Shown here: positions 36,632 to 46,245 of the stretch, piece by piece
Position numbering within the stretch: position 1 is the first letter of the stretch
Layout: every line of letters begins with the position of its first letter
Origin: Patescibacteria group bacterium
Lineage (GTDB): Bacteria; Patescibacteriota; Microgenomatia; Daviesbacterales; UBA10151
Assembly (NCBI GenBank): GCA_023379125.1
Contig: JAMCSY010000004.1
Coordinates: 122,588 to 186,587 of the forward strand
DNA: 64,000 nucleotides
Direction of reading: 5' to 3'
The notes under the pieces: generated by a model
Told to the model about the DNA's origin: nothing
The model's database searches: none
What the model saw: only the letters and a program-made list of their open reading frames with translations
Translations under genes and position numbers: made by a program

Positions 36632-38257
36632 ATGTCAAAAATTTTAGAATTTGATGGTAAAGCCAGAGAAAAATTATTAAAAGGAATTAATACCTTAACA
36701 GAGGCTGTGGCTTCCACTTTGGGCCCTAAAGGGAGAAATGTGGCTTTAGATAAAAAATGGGGGGCTCCAAGTGTAGTTCATGATGGGGTAACTGTAGCTA
36801 AAGAAATTGAATTAGAAGATCCTTTTGAGAATATGGGAGCACAGCTAATCAAGGAAGCAGCTTCTAAAACTAATGATGTAGCTGGAGATGGAACAACCAC
36901 AGCTACTATTTTGGCTCAAGCAATTGTTTCAGAGGGACTAAAAAACATCCAGGCTGGAGCTAATCCAATGATTTTAAGACAAGGTATTGAAGCAGCTGTA
37001 GAAAAATTAGTAGACACTCTGCAAAAGATGAGCAAGAAAATCACCACCAAAGAAGAAATTACTCAGGTAGCCACTATTTCTGCTCAAGATCCAGTTATTG
37101 GTGAGAAAATTTCTGAAGCGATTAGCAGAGTGGGCAAAGATGGAGTGGTGACTGTAGAAGAGGGTAAAACCATGGAAATGTCTGTTGATTATAAAGAAGG
37201 CATGGAGTTTGATAAGGGTTTTGCCTCACCTTATTTTGTAACAGATACTGACCGCATGGAAGCTTCTTTAGAAGATGCTTATATTTTGATTACAGATAAA
37301 AAAATCTCCAGTATGCAGGAACTATTACCCTTCCTAGAAAAGTTTATTCAAGTTTCCAAAAATTTGGTAATCATTGCTGATGATATTGAAGGTGAAGCTT
37401 TAGCTACTTTGATTGTGAACAAACTAAAAAATATCTTTAATGTTTTGCCAGTGCAAGCACCTGGCTTTGGTGATCGTCGTAAAGCGATGTTGGAAGATAT
37501 CGCTATTTTGACTGGGGGAATGGTTATTTCTGATGAAACTGGACGAAAGTTTGAGTCAGTGGAGATTACTGATTTAGGCAGAGCTGGACGGGTGACCTCC
37601 ACCAAGGACACAACTTTAATTGTTGATGGCAAAGGTTCAAAGTCTGCCATTGATGGCAGAATTGCCCAAATTAGAAAAGAATTAGCTAAAACTGATTCTG
37701 ATTTTGATAAGGAAAAATTAAATGAAAGATTAGCCAAACTAACTGGTGGGGTAGCAGTGATCAACGTTGGAGCAGCCACGGAAGTGGAAATGAAGGAGAA
37801 AAAGGAACGGGTGATTGATGCGGTGGCCGCGACTCAAGCAGCTATTGAGGAAGGCATTGTCCCAGGTGGAGAGATTGCTTTAATCAGAGCTGCCAAATCT
37901 TTAAGCCAGGTTAAACTAAATAACACTGAGGCACAATTAGGAGTAGAAATTGTTAAGAAAGCTTTAGATATTCCTTTTAGAAAGTTAGTGCAAAATGCTG
38001 GTATGGATGATGGAGTGGCTTTGGCTAAAGTGCTAGATTCAGATGGTGATAAAGGAGTAGATGTACTTGATGGTCAGGTTAAGGATATGGTGAAGGCAGG
38101 TGTTATTGATCCTGTTAAGGTGACTAGATCAGCATTGCAAAATGGGGCTTCTATTGCTGTCATGGTAATGACTACTCAAGTTTTGATCACTGACAAACCT
38201 GAACCGACTCCACCTCCGCCACCAATGCCTGCTGGTGCAGGTATGGGAGAATATTAA
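36632..38257 (+). CDS. groEL: Chaperonin GroEL
   Basis: [38 protein letters not shown]. Confidence 0.99.
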   Translation: MSKILEFDGKAREKLLKGINTLTEAVASTLGPKGRNVALDKKWGAPSVVHDGVTVAKEIELEDPFENMGAQLIKEAASKTNDVAGDGTTTATILAQAIVSEGLKNIQAGANPMILRQGIEAAVEKLVDTLQKMSKKITTKEEITQVATISAQDPVIGEKISEAISRVGKDGVVTVEEGKTMEMSVDYKEGMEFDKGFASPYFVTDTDRMEASLEDAYILITDKKISSMQELLPFLEKFIQVSKNLVIIADDIEGEALATLIVNKLKNIFNVLPVQAPGFGDRRKAMLEDIAILTGGMVISDETGRKFESVEITDLGRAGRVTSTKDTTLIVDGKGSKSAIDGRIAQIRKELAKTDSDFDKEKLNERLAKLTGGVAVINVGAATEVEMKEKKERVIDAVAATQAAIEEGIVPGGEIALIRAAKSLSQVKLNNTEAQLGVEIVKKALDIPFRKLVQNAGMDDGVALAKVLDSDGDKGVDVLDGQVKDMVKAGVIDPVKVTRSALQNGASIAVMVMTTQVLITDKPEPTPPPPPMPAGAGMGEY

Positions 38258-38408
38258 GCCTGAGCAAGGCTGAATACCTCTAAATATCCTAGAAGCAAAG
38301 GTTTACGTGCTGGATTGTCATGTAATAAAGTATTGGGAAGTTTATGCTGGCAGAAAACCGTAGACTCTTAGTGCACGGAAGCTTATACTAGAGTTAAACA
38401 GTTTCTTT

Positions 38409-39005
38409 ATGGCTAAACTTCATTATCATGAGGCGATTTCCGAAAAAGACAAACAGGTTTTTGCCAGATTTCTAGCAGAAGATGAAGAGCTGATTTTGGC
38501 TACTGGTTTTGGTAAAACTTACTTACGCTCTCGTTTTATAGTAGCTTTGGGCTGGCCTGGATTTGTCTTTATTGCTTTTGGGTTGGGCTTGAGCTATTTA
38601 TTACAGTTTAATCCGGCTTATGGTTTACTTGGAGGTTTAATAATAGCTGCAGTAGCTGCTTTGCTGCGCACAATTCATCTTTACCATGCTAATCGTTATC
38701 TGCTAACTACCAGAAGAGTGATTATTAAAAAAGGTGTTTTTGCAGTTCAGGTTACCTCAGCTTTGTATGACAAAATTACTCACATTGAAGTTGATCAATC
38801 ATTTGTAGATAAGGTTTTTTATCACCATGGGACAATTATTGTGAACACTGCTGGAATGAATAAAGGTGAGATCACGATTACTTTTATTGATTATCCCATC
38901 GAGTTTAAAAATTTACTAGAAAGATTAATTAATCGCGAACGTGAACAATATGGTTTTCACTCAGGCCCAGTTTTAACTGTTGAGGGAGAAGTGGTAGAGG
39001 ATTAG
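38409..39005 (+). CDS. Membrane protein with bacterial PH (bPH_2) domain
   Basis: 2 TMs followed by Y.LT.RRVIIKKG....KITHIEVDQS......G.I.V.TAG. Confidence 0.8.
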   Translation: MAKLHYHEAISEKDKQVFARFLAEDEELILATGFGKTYLRSRFIVALGWPGFVFIAFGLGLSYLLQFNPAYGLLGGLIIAAVAALLRTIHLYHANRYLLTTRRVIIKKGVFAVQVTSALYDKITHIEVDQSFVDKVFYHHGTIIVNTAGMNKGEITITFIDYPIEFKNLLERLINREREQYGFHSGPVLTVEGEVVED

Positions 39006-39106
39006 TTTACGGCACACTTCGATTGAGTCGTGGATTTTAGTCTATGGATGAATTGTAGCTAAGGATATCTTCTTTTGGCAGGACACAGGGGATTTATCTT
39101 TGTGTT

Positions 39107-39799
39107 TTACTTACCACCAACTGCAGCACTTGAGGAAGCAACTGCATAATAAGGCAGAGGCAAAATTGCAGGTAAGAGAGTTTGTGGATCAATATACTTT
39201 TCGTTATGGGTAATTTCCAAATGTGTGTGCGGGCCTGTGGTGTGTCCAGTTAGACCAACTTCACCAATAATGGAATCAGGAGTCACTTCGTCACCAACTT
39301 TGACAAAAACTCGGCCCATGTGCCCATAAGTTGATTGAAAACCTTGGTCATGCTCAATGACAACATGGTGACCTAGACCGAATAGGTCATAATAAACAGC
39401 TGACACAGTTCCTTTAGCTATTGGATGAATAGGCATGCCTAGACCAGTGGCAATATCGATACCCGGATGCCAAGCAGAAAATTTAGTGGTTAAATAGCCT
39501 GGATGTGGTAATAAAAAAGGTTCAGATAGAGAAGCAGCAGAGATGTTCTGTTCTTGCACAAAACTTGCTTGGACAACTGATTTCTGAATTGGAGGAAAAG
39601 CCAGGCTTGGTTGATAACCCATAAAATAAAGGGCCAAAGAGACCCCCAAAGCTGTTTTGGTTACAAGTGGGATGTTTGGTATAGTTAGCTTTCGTAAACC
39701 CCTCGACCTTGAAAGCTGATGTTGGGTAGCTAGTGTTTTTAGGGCAACCCTGTCCACTAACCCCTTAGGCAGCAGGTTTTTCGATATGTTAAAAACCAT
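39107..39799 (-). CDS. M23-family metallopeptidase
   Basis: HPGIDI, YGHM, G.TG.TTGPHTHLE. Confidence 0.92.
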   Translation of the reverse strand: MVFNISKNLLPKGLVDRVALKTLATQHQLSRSRGLRKLTIPNIPLVTKTALGVSLALYFMGYQPSLAFPPIQKSVVQASFVQEQNISAASLSEPFLLPHPGYLTTKFSAWHPGIDIATGLGMPIHPIAKGTVSAVYYDLFGLGHHVVIEHDQGFQSTYGHMGRVFVKVGDEVTPDSIIGEVGLTGHTTGPHTHLEITHNEKYIDPQTLLPAILPLPYYAVASSSAAVGGK

Positions 39800-39930
39800 A
39801 TTTTTGTCGGCTCTTTAGCTCTAGAGCAAACAAAAAACACCTTTTAAAGTTCTTAGCCTTAATTGGCTAGAAAAAGCCCGCTTTTTGGGCGGGGCAAGTA
39901 AAAAGTATAACAGGAAGATAGTAAAAAAGC

Positions 39931-39958
39931 AAAACCCTCCCTAGATACTAGGGAGGGT
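39931..39958 (-). terminator. Rho-independent terminator after hsp20
   Basis: ACCCTCCCTAG-ATA-CTAGGGAGGGT inverted repeat followed by a short T-tract on the minus strand. Confidence 0.8.
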
Positions 39959-39979
39959 GGCTTGTTTTAAAAATACCAA

Positions 39980-40408
39980 TTATTTTTTATTGGTTACCTT
40001 GACTGTGATTTTTTTGGGTGGTCTTTGCTCTGCTTTGGCAAACTTTAATCTTAAGACCCCATTATCAAAAACTGCTTCAGGTTCTTTGTCAGAAACTACC
40101 CCATCTGGTAATCGGAAAGAGTAGTTAAAGTTTTGAGACATTGAACTCATAAAATAGCGTCTTTTATTCTTTTCTTCCTCGTCTTGCTTGCTAGCTCCGG
40201 AGATTCTGACCACTCCGTCATCTCCAACGGTTACATCAATTTGATCTTCACTCAGACCAGGTAAAGCTGCTTCAGCGGTAATAGCATCCTCTGTTTCGTA
40301 GATGTTTAAGCCCTGACCTAAACGATTAAAAATTGGTAAAGTTGGAACATCAAAATCATCATCCAGTAAAGAAGATAGATTCCAAGGATTCCATCTGACT
40401 ATTGCCAT
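39980..40408 (-). CDS. Small heat-shock protein, Hsp20/alpha-crystallin family
   Basis: NIYET.D...EA.LPG.....I.V, F.LP, A.F.NGVL.L...K; strong SD AGGAGGTG. Confidence 0.93.
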   Translation of the reverse strand: MAIVRWNPWNLSSLLDDDFDVPTLPIFNRLGQGLNIYETEDAITAEAALPGLSEDQIDVTVGDDGVVRISGASKQDEEEKNKRRYFMSSMSQNFNYSFRLPDGVVSDKEPEAVFDNGVLRLKFAKAEQRPPKKITVKVTNKK

Positions 40409-40685
40409 TTATCTCACCTCCTTTTTGAGTTGGACAGATTTGGACTTATCTTGTTACTGCCTAATTAGTCTGCAAAGCCAAATCGTCCAGTTCTTACGAG
40501 TACTGTTTTAAAAGTAGTGTTATTCATCTAATCTTAAAAACTTTTGACAAGATATAGCTGCTATCAAATTGCCTCCTGTTTACCCCTGCTGTTATTGGAA
40601 TAACAAGCGAAATTTAGTACAGGACTCTTCCGTGTTTTCAGTAAATACCAGTAGAGGACATGGCCGGAAAAGTTTTTAACTTCCA

Positions 40686-40722
40686 TTAGCAGTAATATAG
40701 CGAGAGTGCTAATTATTGTCAA
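40686..40722 (-). promoter_or_regulatory. CIRCE (HrcA operator) overlapping the hsp20 promoter
   Basis: Minus strand TTAGCACTC-N9-TACTGCTAA (40712-40686); TTGACA (40722-40717), 17-nt spacer, TATATT (40699-40694). Confidence 0.85.
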
Positions 40723-40937
40723 GTGGGTACTTCGCTTAGGTAGGTAGTTTGGTTTTGTCTAGCTTAATAACAGGCTTGTACCTTCCATCATGGATAGGTA
40801 TATAATAGAAAATCAATGAACTAAAGTTCTTATCAGCTAAAGCAAAAAACCATATTCGTTAGAACATGGATGAATGCTTGTAGACAGCACAACTTTTAGT
40901 TGTGAAGCTGAGGAGATGCCACAGTTGTGGTATCTTC

Positions 40938-41010
40938 ATTTCACAATGAGCGAAGGCTCTTATTTCATAATGAATTAAAGTTCTTGTTTCACAATGAAGC
41001 GCAACTTCTT
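40938..41010 (+). repeat. Three tandem ~24-bp degenerate repeats (TTTCAYAATGA...TCTT) ending in the PEGA gene start, plus a partial copy at 40814-40831
   Basis: Units start at 40938, 40962 and 40986; each contains an ATG in the same frame. Confidence 0.7.
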
Positions 41011-41806
41011 TCTGTTTTTAGTGCTATTAAGTTTGATTATTTTACTGGTTCGTTTTTCTTCTGAGAATTTCATGGATATGCTAGGTAAGGAACAGAAAGC
41101 GGGGATCAAGGTGACCTCTCTACCAAGTGGAGCAAAAGTTTTACTTGATGGGCTGGAAGTAGGGCAAACTCCCTATCAAAACGAAAGCTTAGAACCAGGT
41201 GAACATAATTTACAACTGGTGGCGACAAGTGGCGCTTGGCTTAATAGAGTTAATTTGAACGGGGGGACTCTGACTGTAGTCAATCGAGAGTTGGGAGGTG
41301 GTGAAGCCTCTTCCTCAGGTGAAGTCTTAACTTTAGTCAAAGGCTCAGGTGTGGTAATAACTTCTCAACCAAGTGGAGCTGATGTGCAAATTGATGGGAA
41401 ATTATCTGGTCAGACTCCTTTATCCGTTGCTTCTCTGATTCCGGGTGAACACATTTTCTTGCTAAGCCATGACAACTACTTAAAAAGAAGTATTAGAGCT
41501 CTCATACCTAATAAGATGACATTAAATATTGATGTAGATTTGGCTATGAGCGAACTAACGCTGGCACAAACTGCTGCTAAAATTGCTCCCACGACTGTAG
41601 TATCTGCCAAATTAGTAGTAGGTCCTACACCAAATGGTTTTTTGCGGGTTAGAGATCAGCCCTCAACTTCGGGTAAAGAGATTGCTCGGGCTAAAACTGG
41701 TGATAGTTTGGTCATGTTGGCTGAAGATCAGGGTTGGTATAAAGTGCGTTTGGCTGATGGGACTGAAGGGTATGTTTCAGCGGATTATGTGCAGAAAAGT
41801 TCTTAG
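40994..41806 (+). CDS. PEGA-domain protein with C-terminal bacterial SH3 domain
   Basis: TM; two S.P.GA.V..DG...GQTP PEGA repeats; LRVR..PS..G, WYKV....G.EGYVS. Confidence 0.9.
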   Translation: MKRNFFLFLVLLSLIILLVRFSSENFMDMLGKEQKAGIKVTSLPSGAKVLLDGLEVGQTPYQNESLEPGEHNLQLVATSGAWLNRVNLNGGTLTVVNRELGGGEASSSGEVLTLVKGSGVVITSQPSGADVQIDGKLSGQTPLSVASLIPGEHIFLLSHDNYLKRSIRALIPNKMTLNIDVDLAMSELTLAQTAAKIAPTTVVSAKLVVGPTPNGFLRVRDQPSTSGKEIARAKTGDSLVMLAEDQGWYKVRLADGTEGYVSADYVQKSS

Positions 41807-41845
41807 CCACCTAGATAATGAATCTACCGAGTAGCTTCTTTCTCT

Positions 41846-42781
41846 TTAACCACCTAGATAATAAACGATGAAGATCACCATGGTGAGCCATAAAACTGCT
41901 GAAATTAACAGTGGTAGGTCTGTTAATATGACCTTTTCTGGAGATTCACCCTCTCTTTTCTCATAAATAATATAGAGGTATCTCATCACTCCATAGATAG
42001 CTACTGGAACTGTGGCCATCAGGTACTTTACTCCAGGATCATAAGGGCTTGGTGTTCTAAAAAATAAATCAAGTATGGTGCTTCTTAATAGAATAGGGGG
42101 TTGTTGAAAAGCAAAGAGTGCATAAGTTAGCCAAGTCGAATTAGCAAACATCGCCGTTAAGATATCTAGTAAATTTTCTGGGTAATGCAACAGGGTTTCT
42201 CGGTGTTTACCAGCGGCTTGGTTAGTTAGTAAAGTTAGCTCTGATCTTCTTTTACCAATGGCCAAAAAGAGAGAGAAAGTAATGATTGTGAGCAAAAACC
42301 AAACATTAAGATGGGCATCAATAGCCCAAATTCCAGCATACACCCTGAGCACAAATCCTGCTGCGATGACCATTACATCCAGTAGAATAACTGACTTTAG
42401 GTAAGCGGAATAGAAAATTTGCAAGACTAAATAAGCCAAGGTAGCATAAAATAGAGCGGGCGAGAGGATGTAAGCCAGTGGTAAAGCAGCTAAAATTAAC
42501 AAAAAGGCGAGCCCGACTGCTAACTTGGGGGAAACGATCCCGGCCGCAATCGGACGCAGGCTTTTAAAAGGGTGCTGTTTATCACGGTCGATATCAAAGA
42601 CATCGTTAAGTAGATAGATGGCAGAAGCTACTCCGGAAAAAATAATAAAAGCTCCACAAACTATGAGAAAGGCGCTAATACTATCTAGCTTGCCAGAGAA
42701 AATTAATCCTGCAAAAAGCGCGAAATTTTTAATCCATTGTCGGGGTCTGAGTGCACGAATGATGCCCCATAAAAGTTTCAT
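41846..42781 (-). CDS. Decaprenyl-phosphate phosphoribosyltransferase-like (UbiA prenyltransferase family)
   Basis: LRP.QW.KN, Y..ND..D...D..HP.K..RPIA.G, GFVLRV.AG, KRR.EL. Confidence 0.88.
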   Translation of the reverse strand: MKLLWGIIRALRPRQWIKNFALFAGLIFSGKLDSISAFLIVCGAFIIFSGVASAIYLLNDVFDIDRDKQHPFKSLRPIAAGIVSPKLAVGLAFLLILAALPLAYILSPALFYATLAYLVLQIFYSAYLKSVILLDVMVIAAGFVLRVYAGIWAIDAHLNVWFLLTIITFSLFLAIGKRRSELTLLTNQAAGKHRETLLHYPENLLDILTAMFANSTWLTYALFAFQQPPILLRSTILDLFFRTPSPYDPGVKYLMATVPVAIYGVMRYLYIIYEKREGESPEKVILTDLPLLISAVLWLTMVIFIVYYLGG

Positions 42782-42782
42782 C

Positions 42783-43883
42783 CTAATTAGTTTTCCTTTG
42801 CGAAAAAGAATTTAACCACAATATAAATAAACAAAAAACTACAGCTAAGCCAAGAATAATAAATATTTTGCTGCTAGTATCCACAAAGAGCGCGATTGAT
42901 CCTAAAATAGCAGATCCTAAGATATAAAACAAGCTAATTTGTTGATGGGACCAGCCCAGATCGAGTAAGCGATGATGAAAATGGCCTCTATCTCCCCAAA
43001 CAGGTGAGCGTCCATTTAATACTCTTCTGAAGAATGTATAAGCAAAATCGATAATTGGGATTGCTAAAACTAACATAGCTGTAGCTAGTTTTGCTCCAGC
43101 TAAAATAGACAAAACTGCCAAAAGATATGCCAAAATTGTTGATCCAGAAAAACCAGGTAGAATCTTAGAAGGATGCCAATTAAAAACCAAGAGCCCCAAA
43201 GAGGCCCCCGCTGTAATAAAGGAAAGCTTGGCGATATTTAGTTGATTAGGGTCTCCCTCATAAAATAATTTCAGAGAGAATAAGCCTAGGGTAATTGCTG
43301 CCACTAAAGTAATACCTGGCATTTGACCATCAACACCCTTAGCCCAATTAATTACCTGAGTTAGGGTCATAATCCAAAGCAGGGCAAGTAAATCAGCAAT
43401 CAAAATAATTTTATGTGCCCCTAATAGATTAAAGGGGATAATAAGTGAATCTAAGTGAATAATCGACTGAGTTGGATCAAGTAAAGGATTGGTGATTTGA
43501 TAGAGTGGATTACTAATAAAAGAAATACCGATGCCTGCAGCCACAGCACACAAAGCGGCAATTAATAATAGTCCCAGACGCCAATAAGGGCTAAACTCGC
43601 GGATCTTATCGTCAATTAATCCAACGGCTAATAAAACGCTCATCCCAAGAAAGATTCCCACCAAGTGTTTTTCAATTGGTAAAAAAAGCAAAGCTGAGAT
43701 TAAAACCCCAACAAAGATTGGCAATCCACCGGCTCGGGGAATAATTCTGCCCTGGACATGAGCTGGATGATCACGTTTTTGTGGATTGTCTACTAACCCA
43801 TAATGTTTGGCTAGTTTGATGGTAAGAGGAATGCTGCCGGCAGTGATCAAAAAAGCAACCAGAGCGACAACTACTTCTTGCAT
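42783..43883 (-). CDS. MraY/WecA/TagO-family polyprenyl-phosphate GlcNAc-1-P transferase
   Basis: PR.GG, G.IDD, N...GVDG, FNWHP.KI..G, DRGH.HHRL. Confidence 0.88.
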   Translation of the reverse strand: MQEVVVALVAFLITAGSIPLTIKLAKHYGLVDNPQKRDHPAHVQGRIIPRAGGLPIFVGVLISALLFLPIEKHLVGIFLGMSVLLAVGLIDDKIREFSPYWRLGLLLIAALCAVAAGIGISFISNPLYQITNPLLDPTQSIIHLDSLIIPFNLLGAHKIILIADLLALLWIMTLTQVINWAKGVDGQMPGITLVAAITLGLFSLKLFYEGDPNQLNIAKLSFITAGASLGLLVFNWHPSKILPGFSGSTILAYLLAVLSILAGAKLATAMLVLAIPIIDFAYTFFRRVLNGRSPVWGDRGHFHHRLLDLGWSHQQISLFYILGSAILGSIALFVDTSSKIFIILGLAVVFCLFILWLNSFSQRKTN

Positions 43884-43887
43884 AATT

Positions 43888-44244
43888 TTAATAATAAATA
43901 GTCATAATTTTAATCGCGGTGACTAAGATGATAATGTTAACAAAGACAGAAGAAGTAATCAGGATCCTCTTTAAAACTAGTTGGTTTTGAGGTAACTGAG
44001 AGGCCACAAAGAAATTTACTAGCGAAATTAGACTCACCACCGTTGGCAAAATTAAAAATTGTAATTTGGAAACTAGTTGAGACTCTCCCCAGGAAGTAGA
44101 GTAAAAAAGAGGAATTTGCTCTGGTAAATGTTTAAAGGATAAGGTAAAAATTGTGCCTATAAAAAAAACGGTTAACACAGCAAAAGCAAAAGGCAAAGAA
44201 TAAAAACTATCTAAAGCTAAAAAATAGTTTAAAAATTTTCTCAT
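43888..44244 (-). CDS. Small membrane protein (DUF1648-like)
   Basis: 3 TMs; LP.QIPLFYS..WG. Confidence 0.6.
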   Translation of the reverse strand: MRKFLNYFLALDSFYSLPFAFAVLTVFFIGTIFTLSFKHLPEQIPLFYSTSWGESQLVSKLQFLILPTVVSLISLVNFFVASQLPQNQLVLKRILITSSVFVNIIILVTAIKIMTIYY

Positions 44245-44254
44245 TGATTAGTCT

Positions 44255-46072
44255 TTAAGCTGCGACTGCCTCTGTTTCAGACTGTCTACTTTTGTTAGTT
44301 ACTCTAAATTCTAAATAATGGCCAAGCATTAAGGAAGTCTGAGCATCAACAGCAGGAATAGTGGAAATAGTTACTAGGACCAGTGGTACCAAAAGCCACT
44401 GGATATAGGACCAGAATTTTTTAAAAATGGACCAAGAGACAGGTCTTGGTGGAGCAGTTTTTTCATGCACAAAAATGGTGGAAAACATACCGATAAAAGC
44501 CAGAGTTAAGACCCAAGAAGAAACGACAGGTAAATTATAAGCGACTACAGATTCAGTGTAGTGTGGGTTAACTAAAGGGATAATTTGACTGGCAAAAGTG
44601 ATAAATAAAGCCAGTGTGCCCCATTTTAAATAACCCCAAAGAGCAAAAAATAGACGATCTGTTTTATCCCAAAAACTCATATCGCGATTTTTAAAGTACT
44701 GCCTAACAATGTAGGGTACATGCTCGACTCCATAAGCCCAGCGCTTTTGTTGTAAGTATTGATTCTGGAAAGTTTTAATTAAATTAACATCCTGCACCGC
44801 ATCTCCTGTAATTGGTAGATAGTGAGGGATCACCTTGTAATCACCCTTAAAATGGAAATAGGCTTTCCAGAAAAAGCCAGAGTCGTCGTTTACTTTGTTG
44901 GGTATCCATAAACCAATATCAAGCAAAGATCTCATGTTAATAGAAAGAGAGGAGAAGTTCATATATTTGTCTGAACCATACATTTCAGCCAGTTGCCAAA
45001 GAGCAGTTCCCACGGCAATTAAGCGCATAGGAGTGGGGGTTTGCCAGTAGTTATTGTAGTACAAAAATGAACCGGTAAAGCTTCGTTTATCACGAATATT
45101 AGCAGGAGTATCTAGATATTTATGTAATGCTCCGGCTAAGAATTGGGGATGAATGATAAAATCAGCATCCAAGGTTGTTACGAGCACTTCTTGTGGCTTG
45201 ATATGTTTTTGCTGAAACTCTTTGACGGTATGGGTAATCATCCAGTTGCGATTAGTGCCTGGTCCAGGTACCTCTCCAGGCAGACCGAAAGGATGGATAG
45301 TACAAAAAACTCCCCCAATTTTTTTGTCTAGTTTTTTCAAGTAGGCAATTGTTTGATCAATTTTCTCCGGGTCTTTTTGATACTCTCTTTCTTCAAAACC
45401 CACGGCCAAAAAGATTTTTTCTTTGGGATAATCTGAATTGGCTACCCCTTCAAAGGCAGGAACCAAGACATCCAAGCCCTCTTTGTAGGTTGGCAAAACT
45501 AATAGGTGATAATAGTTATCCCACTGATCAGGAAAGTCTATTTTGAGCTTTTGTAACCAGTTTTGTTTTTTTGCCTCTTCTAACTTTTTCCAACCCAAAA
45601 AAGTAAAAGCAGCAATGCGCAGTGAGTTAATTAACCAATATACATCAGCAATAATTATTAAGTAAGCGACGGCAAAAGGTAGAGTGAAGGACAACCAGAT
45701 AGGGGATGTCAAAGCAATCCAAGTCAGTGCTCCGGGTAAAATTTCCAAAAACCTTTCAAAGGCATTTTCATGTCTTCTGACAAAGTTATGTTCAATCCTC
45801 TCGGAAAAAAAGTAGGTTTCTGAAAGTAAATGATGAACCACTAGTCCAGCTCCCAAACCCATCATAAAGTAGGCTAGGATTAGCTGAGTAGCATTAGAGC
45901 TACTAGTTAAACCAGAGACTAAACCTAGTAGTAAAATTAAAATTCCTGGTAGGCTGTGATGAATTGGAATGATTTTTTTCAAGAAGGGGAATTTCTGGCC
46001 TAAATAATACAGAAACTGCCCCAAGAAAAATCCAGAAAAAAGTCCAATTAATAATGATGCTAGTATCCTCAT
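44255..46072 (-). CDS. Membrane-embedded glycosyltransferase family 2 protein
   Basis: LPTYKE, TTLDAD, DD..FFW, Q..RWAYG (Q/RxxRW processive motif); flanking TMs. Confidence 0.85.
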   Translation of the reverse strand: MRILASLLIGLFSGFFLGQFLYYLGQKFPFLKKIIPIHHSLPGILILLLGLVSGLTSSSNATQLILAYFMMGLGAGLVVHHLLSETYFFSERIEHNFVRRHENAFERFLEILPGALTWIALTSPIWLSFTLPFAVAYLIIIADVYWLINSLRIAAFTFLGWKKLEEAKKQNWLQKLKIDFPDQWDNYYHLLVLPTYKEGLDVLVPAFEGVANSDYPKEKIFLAVGFEEREYQKDPEKIDQTIAYLKKLDKKIGGVFCTIHPFGLPGEVPGPGTNRNWMITHTVKEFQQKHIKPQEVLVTTLDADFIIHPQFLAGALHKYLDTPANIRDKRSFTGSFLYYNNYWQTPTPMRLIAVGTALWQLAEMYGSDKYMNFSSLSINMRSLLDIGLWIPNKVNDDSGFFWKAYFHFKGDYKVIPHYLPITGDAVQDVNLIKTFQNQYLQQKRWAYGVEHVPYIVRQYFKNRDMSFWDKTDRLFFALWGYLKWGTLALFITFASQIIPLVNPHYTESVVAYNLPVVSSWVLTLAFIGMFSTIFVHEKTAPPRPVSWSIFKKFWSYIQWLLVPLVLVTISTIPAVDAQTSLMLGHYLEFRVTNKSRQSETEAVAA

Positions 46073-46245
46073 AATTTCTTAATGAGTCTTCGCAGACTCG
46101 CTTCTTGTTTATGACAATTAGAAGCACAATAGTGATTCATAGTTCAAAAGGGGATTGTATCATAATTATATAACTTAAACACTAAAAATGTTGGGAAGTT
46201 TATAACAGATAAACCTAATGAAAACTGAGAGTATATGATTGAAGA

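Noticed and set aside
39800-39930. c-di-AMP or other riboswitch upstream of the M23 peptidase
   Set aside because: Small hairpins are present but no recognisable aptamer consensus.
40938-41010. CRISPR mini-array
   Set aside because: The 24-nt total period leaves no room for spacers, the repeats are degenerate, and no cas operon is present.
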